From the IMG/VR virus record IMGVR_UViG_3300032069_000750: a DNA stretch of 64,000 bases, one strand, 5' to 3'. A program made the position numbers and the translations under genes. Source of the DNA: an uncultured virus (IMG/VR IMGVR_UViG_3300032069_000750). Its lineage: Duplodnaviria > Heunggongvirae > Uroviricota > Caudoviricetes. How positions within the stretch are numbered: the stretch's first letter is position 1; every line of letters begins with the position of its first letter. Below the pieces are notes generated by a model that did not search any database, was not told the origin of the DNA, and saw only the letters and a program-made list of their open reading frames with translations. Shown one piece after another: positions 27,542-37,589 of the stretch.

Positions 27542-29221
27542 ATGATGAAGCTTCCGCTTGATCAAATAATTTGCCATGATGTCGTGAAAGGGATCCCGCT
27601 GCCCGACAGGTGCGTTGATGTCGTGATTACCAGCCCCCCGTACTGGGGACTGAGGGATTATGGGATATCCGTACAGAGCGTCTTCGGCGGAGACCCGAAG
27701 TGCGAACATAAATGGGGGGAAAAACTAATTCATAAAAAAACAGGCGATGGACAAAAAGAGACCCCTCTACTAAAAGGAAGAGATCTTACTGGTATTAATT
27801 CTCAAAAAGAACTGAATCAAGGAAATTTCTGTCAGAGTTGCGGCGCATGGCGCGGCCAGCTCGGTCTTGAGCCTCACCCTCAAATGTACGTCGATCATCT
27901 TGTACAAATCTGCTGTGAAATCAGGCGTGTGTTGAAAAAAAGCGGTTCCTTCTATCTGAATCTTGGAGATACTTATTATGGTGGTGGTGGCAAGACAGGC
28001 AGACCAGAAGGCAGAGATGATTTAGAGAGTAGTAGATTAGTTGCGCATCCTTCTGCAGAGTACCAAAAAATAAAAAATAGGTATCGTTCTCATTGGCTTC
28101 AGCCGAAGCAGCTCCTCGGGATCCCCTGGAGGGTTGCGATCGCGTTGCAGGAGGATGGCTGGCTGTTGCGTAACGCGGTCATCTGGAACAAGCTGAACCA
28201 TATGCCGAGCAGCGTGAAGGACCGGTTCGCCTGCGGGTATGAGTTCGTCTTTCTATTTGTGAAGAATCAGAAATATTATTTTGATCTTGATGCGGTGCGT
28301 GAGCCTCATAAGGCGGTTTCTCTCAATCGCGCTAAATACGAGTTTAAGTTGATGCCCCGCGCATGGCAGAATGGCAGAACGCCGATACCGGGGGGGCAGA
28401 ATGTCGATATAGCTCCGCATCATTCCGGGAAAAACCCCGGGGATGTGGTCCTTGAGAATTGGGGGACTGACAAGAATCAGGAGTACCATGGCGAAGGCAA
28501 GCGCAACCCGATGGGGCAGTCTCCATCAGATCTTAAAAGAAATATAATTGAGAGCTACAAGAAGAACCCGAAGGGAAAGAACCCAGGAGATGTTTTAGCT
28601 CTTGAGCATCATCGGCATCATGGGAGCAATCTTTCCAATGTGGCGACCTACTATGGAGACCAGATCCCGAAGTACTGTCATGAGAATGGTAAGAATCCCT
28701 CTGATTTCTGGAGTCTGACGACGCAGCCGTTCACCGGATACAGCGACGAGTTTGAGCATTTCGCGGTGTTCCCTGAGGAGCTGGTGGTCAGACCTTTGCT
28801 CGCGAGTTGCCCTAAATTTATTTGTAAGAAATGCGGGAAACCTCGGGAGAAAATAATTCAGGGAACCAGCTCAGAGGCTTTTAATATCCGCGTACGTGAT
28901 GTCAAGGAAAAAAGAATAAAACACACGGACCGAGTGGCAAGTGAAGAAGAAGTGGAAAAATACCAAGAGGGTATAACACATGTTGGTACTGGGAAGGTCA
29001 CAGTGGGATTCACTGACTGCGGTTGTAACGCTGGCTTTGATTCAGGTGTCATCCTTGATCCTTTCTGTGGTCGTGGCACGGTCGGCAAGGTCGCCAAAAA
29101 GCTTGGGTTGCATTACATCCTCATTGACATCAAACCTGAATACTGTGAGCTTGCTAAACTCTATATCGCTGGTCAGAAATACAAACTTCACAAGGACCAG
29201 AAAAAACTAAAAACCCTCTGA
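27542..29221 (+). CDS. Site-specific DNA methyltransferase (N4-C/N6-A, beta class)
   Basis: VITSPPYWGLRDYG, LNLGDTY, HFAVFPEEL, ILDPFCGRGT. Confidence 0.93.
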   Translation: MMKLPLDQIICHDVVKGIPLPDRCVDVVITSPPYWGLRDYGISVQSVFGGDPKCEHKWGEKLIHKKTGDGQKETPLLKGRDLTGINSQKELNQGNFCQSCGAWRGQLGLEPHPQMYVDHLVQICCEIRRVLKKSGSFYLNLGDTYYGGGGKTGRPEGRDDLESSRLVAHPSAEYQKIKNRYRSHWLQPKQLLGIPWRVAIALQEDGWLLRNAVIWNKLNHMPSSVKDRFACGYEFVFLFVKNQKYYFDLDAVREPHKAVSLNRAKYEFKLMPRAWQNGRTPIPGGQNVDIAPHHSGKNPGDVVLENWGTDKNQEYHGEGKRNPMGQSPSDLKRNIIESYKKNPKGKNPGDVLALEHHRHHGSNLSNVATYYGDQIPKYCHENGKNPSDFWSLTTQPFTGYSDEFEHFAVFPEELVVRPLLASCPKFICKKCGKPREKIIQGTSSEAFNIRVRDVKEKRIKHTDRVASEEEVEKYQEGITHVGTGKVTVGFTDCGCNAGFDSGVILDPFCGRGTVGKVAKKLGLHYILIDIKPEYCELAKLYIAGQKYKLHKDQKKLKTL

Positions 29222-29231
29222 ATCATATCAT

Positions 29232-29411
29232 ATTGTGGGCCCTGAGGCGTGCCCCGGATCACGACTCCAGAACAGAAACGGCGCGGAGACGCGCCCATCG
29301 CAACTATGCCGGATGTTCGGTCTTTTCCCATCCCCTCCTCTAAATGCCCTATATCATCCATCCTGATACCATGCGATGTAAAACCGGGTGGCACGCCGGG
29401 CATACCACAAT
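29232..29411 (-). ncRNA. Candidate structured non-coding RNA (~180 nt)
   Basis: Nested complementary blocks TTGTGG/CCACAA, GGCGTGCC/GGCACGCC, CCCGG/CCGGG, CATCGCA/TGCGATG, GGATG/CATCC plus a GGCGCG/CGCGCC hairpin, in an intergenic gap. Confidence 0.45.
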
Positions 29412-29469
29412 TTTTATTTTCGTAACCATTAAATAATCTCGCCAGTATTACATGCGAGGTGGTGAATGA

Positions 29470-30708
29470 GTGAGAATTTTGTACTATACGAACCCCCCTT
29501 TTTGTGAGTCGGGTTACGGGCGCTGCTGCCGGTGGATCAGCGGCTTCCTCAAGGAGGACGGTCATTTCGTGGGCCTCGCGCCGAACGTGAGCTTCGGCCC
29601 GGGGCGGTTCGACCTGAACGGGATGCCGGTGCACGCCCAGGGGACGGGGTTCACGGAGCAGCCGACGATCATGCACTATTTGGCCTACAAGTACGACGTG
29701 CTGCTCGCGCAGTACGACATGTGGGCGCTCCACACGCTGTTCGACCTCGTGCGGCAGCACAACGTCGTCCTCGTGCCGTACGTCCCCCTGGACCACGAGC
29801 AGATCTTCCCGGATCTCGTGAGCAAGCTCAGGATCTCGACTTACAACATCGCGATGTGCAAGTACGGGCTTGACCAGCTGACCCGGGCGGGCTTCAAGAA
29901 CTGCACCTACATCTACCACGGGGTCGACTGCAATGTCTACAAGCCGATCGCCTGCAAGGAGTACCCGAAGGAGCACCTGCGGGCCGACCTCGGCTTCGAG
30001 CCGGACGCGTTCGTGGTCGGCATCGTGAAGATGAACAAGGGGACCAGGTCCGCCCTGCCCCGGCAGCTGGAGATGATCAAGATGTTCATCGACCGGAACC
30101 CGGACATCAAGACCCGCATCTACCTCCACACGGAGCTGAACGCCCCAGCTGGCTTCAACCTGAGCACCGTTCTCAACATGCTCGGCCTTCAGAACATCAC
30201 CAACTGCGCGGACAACTACCGGTACACCGCGGCCGAGTACAACGACCTCGCCATGGCGAAGATGTACAACGCCTGCGACGTCACCATGTCCTGCACCCTC
30301 AGCGAGGGATTCGGCATGCCGATCATCGAGTCGATGGCCTGCGGGACTCCCGTCGTCGCCGGCAACTACACGTCGATGACCGAGCTTCTGAAACCAGTGA
30401 CACCGGAGCTGCTCGTCGACCCGGTGACAACGCTCTGGGAGCAGGTGCCCGCGAAGTACTACCTCGCGGACATCGACAAGGGAGTCGAGGCCCTGGAGCG
30501 CGTCGCGAACAGTGATCCGTCCAAGTATACGCAGAAACTCTCGGAGTACGCCATGAAGACGTTCGACTGGAGGACGGCCATCGGGCCGCAGTGGAAGAAG
30601 TTCTTCAAAGAGACGCTCCCGCAGTACATGGAGGAGAACTGCGTCAGGATCCCCGAGGCCTCGGAAACGCTCAGAAACAACGCGAAACCCATCGAGGTGA
30701 ACCCATGA
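29470..30708 (+). CDS. Glycosyltransferase family 4
   Basis: SGYG, IYHGVD, YNACDV...SEGFGMPIIESMACGTPVV. Confidence 0.92.
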   Translation: MRILYYTNPPFCESGYGRCCRWISGFLKEDGHFVGLAPNVSFGPGRFDLNGMPVHAQGTGFTEQPTIMHYLAYKYDVLLAQYDMWALHTLFDLVRQHNVVLVPYVPLDHEQIFPDLVSKLRISTYNIAMCKYGLDQLTRAGFKNCTYIYHGVDCNVYKPIACKEYPKEHLRADLGFEPDAFVVGIVKMNKGTRSALPRQLEMIKMFIDRNPDIKTRIYLHTELNAPAGFNLSTVLNMLGLQNITNCADNYRYTAAEYNDLAMAKMYNACDVTMSCTLSEGFGMPIIESMACGTPVVAGNYTSMTELLKPVTPELLVDPVTTLWEQVPAKYYLADIDKGVEALERVANSDPSKYTQKLSEYAMKTFDWRTAIGPQWKKFFKETLPQYMEENCVRIPEASETLRNNAKPIEVNP

Positions 30709-31595
30709 ACATCTCGTGGATAGCCGACTACGACTTCCTCGCGAACCTCGCGGGCGGCGCGGAGATGAGCGACCGCGAGGCCTACATGCACGGGATGAAG
30801 AGCGGGCACACCATGCAGCTGTACATCCCTGAGTCCGCGCGGATGTTCGCCCCCGGTCCGACCGACCTCTCCATAATCAGCAACGCGGCCCGCTTCGACC
30901 TGAACTGGATCGTGAACACCGTATGCGCCAAGCCGTACATATTCTACGCGCACGACTACTTCCCGCTGTGCCGGTACCGGCTGTTCTACCCGATGCTCGA
31001 GAAGTGCAAGAAATGTATGAACCTTGACTCTGCGAAAAAAATCGCCCTGAACAGCGCCCTCAACATCTTCCTCTCCCCGCTGCATTTCGACGCGTGGTGC
31101 TACGCGATCCCGGAGCTTAAGGACCGCCCGCACCACATACACCCGTCGCCGGTGAACCTCGAGCTTTTCAAACCCCGGTCAGAGGTCAAGAGGAACCCCA
31201 ACGCGGGTCTCGTGATCAACGCCGCCGCGTTCAAGGGAGCAAAAAACACGGTCGAGTACTGCGCGAAGCACCCCGAGATCACGTTCACGTTCTGCGGCGG
31301 GCAGCCCGAAGCCCAGCTGCCGCCCAACTGCACGTTCGTCGGGTACGTCCCCACCCTGAGCATGCCGAGCATGTTCAACCAGGCCTCTTACTACGTGGAG
31401 CTGCCGGACACCATCCAGCCGTTCAACCGGACCGTCCTCGAAGCCCGGCTGATGGAGGTCCCGCACATCGTCATCAACAAGAACATCGGGGCGGCATCGT
31501 ACGACTGGTTCAAGGAGGACACAGCATCAATCCGTAAGCGCATCGCCGAGGCCGTTCCGAACCTCTGGAAGAAGATCGAAGAAACAGTAAAATGA
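30705..31595 (+). CDS. GT-B fold glycosyltransferase
   Basis: GGAEMS, FLSPLH, KGAKN, QPFNRTVLEARLM; ATGA-coupled start 30705. Confidence 0.75.
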   Translation: MNISWIADYDFLANLAGGAEMSDREAYMHGMKSGHTMQLYIPESARMFAPGPTDLSIISNAARFDLNWIVNTVCAKPYIFYAHDYFPLCRYRLFYPMLEKCKKCMNLDSAKKIALNSALNIFLSPLHFDAWCYAIPELKDRPHHIHPSPVNLELFKPRSEVKRNPNAGLVINAAAFKGAKNTVEYCAKHPEITFTFCGGQPEAQLPPNCTFVGYVPTLSMPSMFNQASYYVELPDTIQPFNRTVLEARLMEVPHIVINKNIGAASYDWFKEDTASIRKRIAEAVPNLWKKIEETVK

Positions 31596-32314
31596 AGAAG
31601 ATACAGGTCGTAAAAAAGAAGGAGAAGATTCACATGAAAGTTGTAATCCCCGCGGGGGGCGAGGGAACGAGGCTGTTCCCGTACACGGAGGTCATTCCGA
31701 AAGCTCTGCTGCCGGTAGGGGGAAAGCCGGTGATCTGGTGGATCATCCAGCGCCTCATCGCGCACGGATTTGAGGATGTCATTGTCTGCGTCAACCAGGA
31801 GTACGTGAACCACTTCGCTCACGAGTTCGAGCACTACCCGGTGAGGGTCACGATCATCCAGAACGAGAGGCCGCTCGGGTCGGCTGGCGAGATTCTCGGG
31901 GCAAAAGACGATATTGACGGTCCGTTCCTCATGCACTTCAGCGACGAGCTCACGCCGATCAACCTGACGGAGCTTGTCGGATTCCACAAGATACGGAAGG
32001 GAATCGGCACCCTCGGGGTCATAAAGAATGTTCCCCTCGACGTCGGCATAGTCGAGATCGAGAGGAGCAAGGTAAAATCCATTGTTGAGAAGCCGATGCT
32101 GAACCAGACGGCCTGGGCGGGCATCGCGGTTTTCGAGCCCGATATCTTCAACTACATCGGAGTAGGGTTCGATTTCGCGAAAGACGTGTTTCCGAGAGTC
32201 ATCAAGGACGGGAGGGGGCTTTACGCGTACGAGTCAAACGCCCTGTGGCTCGACATCGGATCCCTGAGCCACTACAAGCGGGTCTGCGATCTCGCCAAGC
32301 AGGGAAAGCTATGA
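31592..32314 (+). CDS. Nucleotidyltransferase (NDP-sugar pyrophosphorylase)
   Basis: IPAGGEGTRLFPYT..IPKALLPVGGKP, LGSAG, WLDIG. Confidence 0.92.
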   Translation: MKKIQVVKKKEKIHMKVVIPAGGEGTRLFPYTEVIPKALLPVGGKPVIWWIIQRLIAHGFEDVIVCVNQEYVNHFAHEFEHYPVRVTIIQNERPLGSAGEILGAKDDIDGPFLMHFSDELTPINLTELVGFHKIRKGIGTLGVIKNVPLDVGIVEIERSKVKSIVEKPMLNQTAWAGIAVFEPDIFNYIGVGFDFAKDVFPRVIKDGRGLYAYESNALWLDIGSLSHYKRVCDLAKQGKL

Positions 32315-33354
32315 AGCTGATCATTGCCGGCCACAGCGTCAGCCACTACCGCCAGCGGATGCTAGGGGAGGCGACCGCGAGGCTCGGCGTGAGAACCGTC
32401 GTCGTGGGCCCCCAGCAGTGGGGCACTGAGCGCTACGAGTCGTACAAGAAAAAGAATTTCGACTTCCGGGCGATCCCCATAACGGGCCCGTCGTCGTTTT
32501 ACGCTTTCACGATCAAGAAGATGAGCAGGATCATCTCGGGCTTCAGGCCCGCCGTGATCTACTGCATGGAGGAGCCGTTCACGATCTTCGCCCACGAGAT
32601 CATGAAGTACGCGAAGGAGTTCGGCTGCCCGTTCTGTTTCTTCACCTGGGAGAACCGGCCCGACTACCGCCTCAGCGAGTCCCTGGACAGGATGGAGCAG
32701 GACGTGGTCAGGGAGGCCAACATGATCGTCTGCGGGAACAAGCTCGCGGCGAAACGGATGGTCAACGTGGGCGCCGACCCGGAGAAGCTCCGCGTGCTGC
32801 TGCAGACTGGCGTGGACACCGATCTCTTCAAGCCGGACGGGAACGCCAATAAAGCCTACGAGGTCATCTACCACGGTCGGCTCGTGCGCGAGAAGGGCCT
32901 GCCGTTCCTCGAGAACGTCTGCAGGGAGCTGAACCTTTCGCTCCTCACCGTCGGGGGAAGGGGCCCGTACCACGTACGATGGGGGGATAATGTCGATTGG
33001 GTCGACTACGAGGACCTCCCGCAACTCATCAACCAGGCGCGGATCGGCGTCCAGGTGCCGTTCTCGTTCCAGGGGTACCAGGAGCAGGGCAATTTCGCGA
33101 TTGCTGAAAATATGAGTTGTTGTAACCCCGTGATAATCAGCGACAACGGCTCGTTGCCGGACAATTTCGGGAGCTCGCCAGCCCTGATAATACCCGAGAA
33201 CAACGAGGCGGAGCTGAAAGAGGCGGTCCTCAGCCTGCGCGACGAGGAGAAACAGAAAGAGCTCGGGGAGAAGGGCCGCAAATGGGTCGTCGAGAACCTC
33301 AGCACTGAGGCCATGGGCAAGAAACTGTTAAGCATCTTGGAGGAGCTGAAATGA
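32311..33354 (+). CDS. Glycosyltransferase family 4
   Basis: FFTWEN, GVDTDLF, GRLVREKG, EQGNFAIAENMSC..PVI. Confidence 0.88.
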   Translation: MKLIIAGHSVSHYRQRMLGEATARLGVRTVVVGPQQWGTERYESYKKKNFDFRAIPITGPSSFYAFTIKKMSRIISGFRPAVIYCMEEPFTIFAHEIMKYAKEFGCPFCFFTWENRPDYRLSESLDRMEQDVVREANMIVCGNKLAAKRMVNVGADPEKLRVLLQTGVDTDLFKPDGNANKAYEVIYHGRLVREKGLPFLENVCRELNLSLLTVGGRGPYHVRWGDNVDWVDYEDLPQLINQARIGVQVPFSFQGYQEQGNFAIAENMSCCNPVIISDNGSLPDNFGSSPALIIPENNEAELKEAVLSLRDEEKQKELGEKGRKWVVENLSTEAMGKKLLSILEELK

Positions 33355-34238
33355 GCATCTTTGTCGCCGGGGGAAGCGGGTTCATAGGGACGAACCTGGT
33401 AAAGAGGCTCGAGAAGATGGACCGGGTGACCAACCTCGACATACGGAACGGGAACGACTGCAACGTGAACAACTACAGCAGGGTCAACTTCTTCGTCAAC
33501 CAGGCCGACATCGTGTACCACCTAGCGAACATGCCGTCGCACCGTCTCAGCATGGGGAGCCCGCGGGAGCTGATGATGAACAACTACGCGACGACCCTGA
33601 ACATCGCGGAGGCCTGCAGGAACACGAACTGCAAGAAGATCGTTTACCTGTCGAGCTTCGCAGTCTACGGCAAACAAGAGCCCCCGTGGACCGAGGATAC
33701 CCCTGTGAAGGCGACCACCCCGTACGGGCTCGCGAAAATACAGTGCGAGATGCTCCTGTACGCGTACCACGAGTGGTACGGCATTAATGTGATAATCATA
33801 CGGCCATCGAACGTCTTCGGCGAGAACGAGCAGCTCCACCAGCCGTTGCAGGTGATCCCGCAGTGGTTCGAGGACGCGAAGAACGACCGGCCGCTGATAG
33901 TCCACGGGGAGAGCACCACCCGCGACTTCACCTACGTCGGCGATGTCGTGAACGGCATTGTCGCCGCGGGCAAGAAAAACGGCTTCAGAGTCTACAATCT
34001 CTGCACCGGCAAGCCGACCCTGCTGATGGACGTCGCCCGTAGAATAAGCGATAACGTCAAATGCCATTGTCTCCCGGACCACGAGACTAAGTGGTGGTGG
34101 GGATCCTACGAAAAGGCTAAAAAAGACCTTGACTATTCTCCGACCAAGGACATCATGGAGTGGGTCGATGAGCAGCGGGACCGTATCCTCGGAAAAAAAG
34201 CTGATGCTGAACCTAGGGGCCGGTCAAAAAAAGATTAG
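33351..34238 (+). CDS. NAD-dependent epimerase/dehydratase
   Basis: GGSGFIG, SSFAVYG, YGLAK (YxxxK), RDFTYV. Confidence 0.93.
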   Translation: MSIFVAGGSGFIGTNLVKRLEKMDRVTNLDIRNGNDCNVNNYSRVNFFVNQADIVYHLANMPSHRLSMGSPRELMMNNYATTLNIAEACRNTNCKKIVYLSSFAVYGKQEPPWTEDTPVKATTPYGLAKIQCEMLLYAYHEWYGINVIIIRPSNVFGENEQLHQPLQVIPQWFEDAKNDRPLIVHGESTTRDFTYVGDVVNGIVAAGKKNGFRVYNLCTGKPTLLMDVARRISDNVKCHCLPDHETKWWWGSYEKAKKDLDYSPTKDIMEWVDEQRDRILGKKADAEPRGRSKKD

Positions 34239-34671
34239 TGGATACATTTCTATAGATAACAGGATAGAGTGTAACCCCGATCTTGTCTGCGATGTCCGGA
34301 AACTTCCTTATGAGAATAATGCAGTGGACCGCATCCTCGCGTCGGACATCCTTGAGCATGTCGGCCGCCTCGAGGTCGAAGCGGTCCTCAGGGAGTGGTA
34401 CAGGGTGCTCAAGCCGGGCGGCCTGCTGATCATAAAGACTCCGAATGTCGACACGATCATTGACGCGTACCAGGTCCGCAAGATACCCTTCGAGGAGTTC
34501 ATCAGGAAGATGTACGGGTCCCAGGACTACTCGGGGAACTACCACTACACCGGCTTTAAACCCAATCATCTTGCTTCCGTCCTTGAGATTGTAGGTTTCA
34601 AAATTCTGAAGATAGAAGAAATTCTTGGCGGTGACGACTGGTCGAACATGGCGGTCCGATGCCAGAAATAG
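34204..34671 (+). CDS. Class I SAM-dependent methyltransferase
   Basis: LNLGAG, ILEH, EWYRVLKPGG. Confidence 0.88.
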   Translation: MLNLGAGQKKISGYISIDNRIECNPDLVCDVRKLPYENNAVDRILASDILEHVGRLEVEAVLREWYRVLKPGGLLIIKTPNVDTIIDAYQVRKIPFEEFIRKMYGSQDYSGNYHYTGFKPNHLASVLEIVGFKILKIEEILGGDDWSNMAVRCQK

Positions 34672-35861
34672 CGCTGATCAACCCTCCGAGCCCTTTTCTA
34701 ATAAATGATCGTACATTCCCCAACCTTGGGCTGATGTACATTTCTGCATATCTTAAGAAATACGGGTACAAATCAAGGATAGTGGACCTGTCAGGAGGCA
34801 GACAAATACCTACTATCAATGATGATATTATTGGTTTTTATTCAACAACCCCTCAATACCCGTTCGTGCTTGATATCCTCAATAAAATCAGAGAGAAAAA
34901 CACTGATGCCCTGTACGTGATCGGAGGCCCTCACGCAACCTGTGACCCTGAGACAGTCCTCAATTTCGATGTGTCAATCGTCGGCGAGGGCGAAGATGCA
35001 ATGTTAAGAATAGCTATGAATCCCCTTTGGCCGTTCCCAAGCAGACTCAAATCACACCCAGTAATAATAGATGAAATTCCTTTTCCCAACAGGGATGCCA
35101 TGGATATCCATGACTTCAAGTACAAAATAGACGGTGAACCAGCGACGAGCATGATGACTTCGAGGGGTTGCTGTTTCGACTGCGCCTTCTGCTGCAAAGT
35201 GTTCGGAAAAAAAATCAGGTTCAGGAGCGCGAAAAATGTCGCTCTGGAATTGGAGGAGCTTCAGAACAAATACGGGTACAATGCGGCCATGCTGTATGAC
35301 GATGAGTTTTTCATAAACAGAGAGCGGGACATTGAGATCTGCAATTCTTTCAAGGAGAGGAAGATGCTGTGGCGTTGCTTCACGCGGTCCAATCTGGTTG
35401 ACGAGAAACTCATCAGGATCGCCTCCGAGTCGGGTCTGCGGGAGATCCTCATCGGGATTGAGAGCGGCAGCGACAGGATTTTGAAGAATGTCAACAAGGG
35501 CACTACCGTTGAGATGAACAAGAAAGCGATAAAGACCATAAGAAAATACGGGATAAGAGTCAAGTTGGCCATGATTTTGTGTTTGCCCGGGGAAAACGAG
35601 GAATCCCTCCAAGAGACTGAGGATTTTTTGGATTCTATTGAGTTTGACGACATAGATTTTTCGATATTGCAGGTCTACCCAGGAACAGAAATATATAAAA
35701 ACCCTGATAATTATGATATCATATATGGAAAGTCGAAGTGGTTCAAGGGAAAGCCCAATGGATACTCGGAGTGCGGTCCAGTGTCGACAAGCTCCTTGTC
35801 GTTCGAGAGGATCCTTGAAGTCAGAGATAGATTTGAAAAAAAATACAAGCGATGGAAGTGA
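34659..35861 (+). CDS. B12-binding radical SAM protein (class B methylase-like)
   Basis: PNLGLMYISAYL, GGPHAT, GEGE, SRGCCFDCAFC, GIESG. Confidence 0.9.
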   Translation: MPEIALINPPSPFLINDRTFPNLGLMYISAYLKKYGYKSRIVDLSGGRQIPTINDDIIGFYSTTPQYPFVLDILNKIREKNTDALYVIGGPHATCDPETVLNFDVSIVGEGEDAMLRIAMNPLWPFPSRLKSHPVIIDEIPFPNRDAMDIHDFKYKIDGEPATSMMTSRGCCFDCAFCCKVFGKKIRFRSAKNVALELEELQNKYGYNAAMLYDDEFFINRERDIEICNSFKERKMLWRCFTRSNLVDEKLIRIASESGLREILIGIESGSDRILKNVNKGTTVEMNKKAIKTIRKYGIRVKLAMILCLPGENEESLQETEDFLDSIEFDDIDFSILQVYPGTEIYKNPDNYDIIYGKSKWFKGKPNGYSECGPVSTSSLSFERILEVRDRFEKKYKRWK

Positions 35862-35882
35862 TGCCCCATAGCGGAAAAAAAA

Positions 35883-36074
35883 TTGAACCTCGACATTACA
35901 GTTTGCGTAATCTGTAACGACGAGCCGATAGACAAGGACACGTTTCCGCACTACGGCGAGAGATGTCTCGACTACCTCAGGAAGCACGGTCGTTTTCCTG
36001 ATGTCAACCGGAAGAGCCAGCAGGAGGGACTTGATGGTCGTGAAGCGTCAGGCTTACAAACTGGTGATCCTTGA
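35883..36074 (+). CDS. Small Zn-finger protein (start uncertain)
   Basis: CVIC...YGERC. Confidence 0.4.
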   Translation: MNLDITVCVICNDEPIDKDTFPHYGERCLDYLRKHGRFPDVNRKSQQEGLDGREASGLQTGDP

Positions 36075-36516
36075 GCCCGCGAAGAGCAGGTTGGAGCGGG
36101 GCGAATGCCCCAGCTGCGGCAAGCCGAAGAGTAAGTGGAAACGTAGCACCCGCTGGCGTTGTTGCTCAAAGAGATGCACCGCGAAGTTCCACAAGTACTT
36201 CTACGCGTTCGGATGGCCGGATCTCAGGAGCAAGGCATTCAAGAGGGATAATTATACCTGTAGGAAATGTGGCAAGATATTCATTGTAAGGGATGTTGCG
36301 ACCGGCAAGGAGTATGGCAGAGATTCTGAATTGATCGCAGATCACATCATACCTATTGCGCTTAATGGTGATCAGTGGGATATCAATAATGTGCAAACGC
36401 TGTGCATCCAATGTAACAAGATCAAGACGAAGCAGGACCAGGGATTGATCGCGTCGGCGCGCCGCCGGGAGAAGCAAGTTTTAAAAGGGCAGAAGACCCT
36501 ACCGGGGTTCACATGA
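36034..36516 (+). CDS. HNH endonuclease
   Basis: RDNYTCRKCG, DHIIPI..G....NNVQTLCIQCNKIKT. Confidence 0.88.
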   Translation: MVVKRQAYKLVILEPAKSRLERGECPSCGKPKSKWKRSTRWRCCSKRCTAKFHKYFYAFGWPDLRSKAFKRDNYTCRKCGKIFIVRDVATGKEYGRDSELIADHIIPIALNGDQWDINNVQTLCIQCNKIKTKQDQGLIASARRREKQVLKGQKTLPGFT

Positions 36517-37349
36517 AGATCAACCTAATAGGCGCCTTCCGGTACCCCTGCGCCATAGAAAAGTACTACGCCCGAGCCATCTGCGACCTCGGCCACACGC
36601 TGACCGTGACCACGCCCGACAAGATCAATGACCTGGCCAGGCCGGATCTCACGATCGTCGTCAAATGGTGCGACAAGCCGGACCTTCTGCCGAGCCCCAA
36701 GGCGCTGATCTTCACGGATCTGACGACCCGCTTCCAGGGGTACTACCTTTTCGCCCAGGGGTTCTACGACTACGTCTTCTTGGTCCACAAGGAGCCCTGG
36801 ATAGACAACAAAAGGGTCTTCTACCTGCCGGTCGCGTACGACCCCCACGAGCACTTCTACGTCGAAAACGAGAAGGACATCGGCTGCCTGTTCATAGGGA
36901 CGATGCACCCCAGCAGGGAATTCATGAGAGAGATCCCGATCATCACCAGATACGGCAACGAGTGGGGGGACACTGTTGATGTTTACGGCGACAAGTACCG
37001 TGAACTCTGCTCTCGATCAAGGATAATAATAAATAATCATTACCCGGGAGATTCGACAAATATGAGGGATTACGAGGCGCCAAACTTCAAGGCGATGATA
37101 CTGACGGACAAAACCCCGTTCAAACCAGGAGAGGACGCGATCATTTATGAGAATCCAAAGGACCTCGAGAACAAGATCCACTACTACCTCGACCACGAGA
37201 ACGAGAGGAAGGAGCTGGCCGACAACGCCTACGCAACCGTCACGGCCGGAAAATACAAGTACACCGACCGGATCGAGGAACTGCTCTCCATAGTCAAAAA
37301 CAATATAAATAACATAAATAATGTAAATAAGATAAATAACATAGCTTAG
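36513..37349 (+). CDS. CgeB-like (Glyco_trans_1_2) glycosyltransferase
   Basis: YLPVAYDP, FIGT, SRIIIN, NMRDYE, KIHYYLDHENER..LA. Confidence 0.8.
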   Translation: MKINLIGAFRYPCAIEKYYARAICDLGHTLTVTTPDKINDLARPDLTIVVKWCDKPDLLPSPKALIFTDLTTRFQGYYLFAQGFYDYVFLVHKEPWIDNKRVFYLPVAYDPHEHFYVENEKDIGCLFIGTMHPSREFMREIPIITRYGNEWGDTVDVYGDKYRELCSRSRIIINNHYPGDSTNMRDYEAPNFKAMILTDKTPFKPGEDAIIYENPKDLENKIHYYLDHENERKELADNAYATVTAGKYKYTDRIEELLSIVKNNINNINNVNKINNIA

Positions 37350-37551
37350 CGAGGTGGGGTAATAAGCCATCCCGACAGGCTCATGGATCACAGAGAAGCC
37401 TATCCTCCTAATGAGATGAACGCACTGGGTTCGGCATTCTCAAGCCATCATGTGCCACGTACTATTTTATCTCCTATGTTGGCGAAGGGGCGCACTCCCG
37501 GTCTGTGATTGAGGAACCTGTAGATTATCAGTTCAAATCTGGTCCTCGCTA
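37348..37551 (+). tRNA. tRNA-Met(CAU), initiator-like, with a 130-nt BHB intron (37386-37515)
   Basis: Acceptor AGCGAGG/CCTCGCT+A, anticodon stem ACAGG/CCTGT, CT-CAT, T arm ATCAG-TTCAAAT-CTGGT; BHB formed by CTCA/TGAG helix, TGG and GAA bulges, ATCACAGA/TCTGTGAT. Confidence 0.85.
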
Positions 37552-37589
37552 CTAATATACCACAAGTAATATACTTATGGGGTACGTCA

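Noticed and set aside
29188..35987. Long antisense ORFs (e.g. 29188..30129, 30459..31142, 32362..33024, 35052..35987)
   Set aside because: Shadow frames of well-supported + strand enzymes; no recognisable motifs
37386..37515. Box C/D guide RNA inside the tRNA intron
   Set aside because: No convincing RUGAUGA/CUGA box pair found
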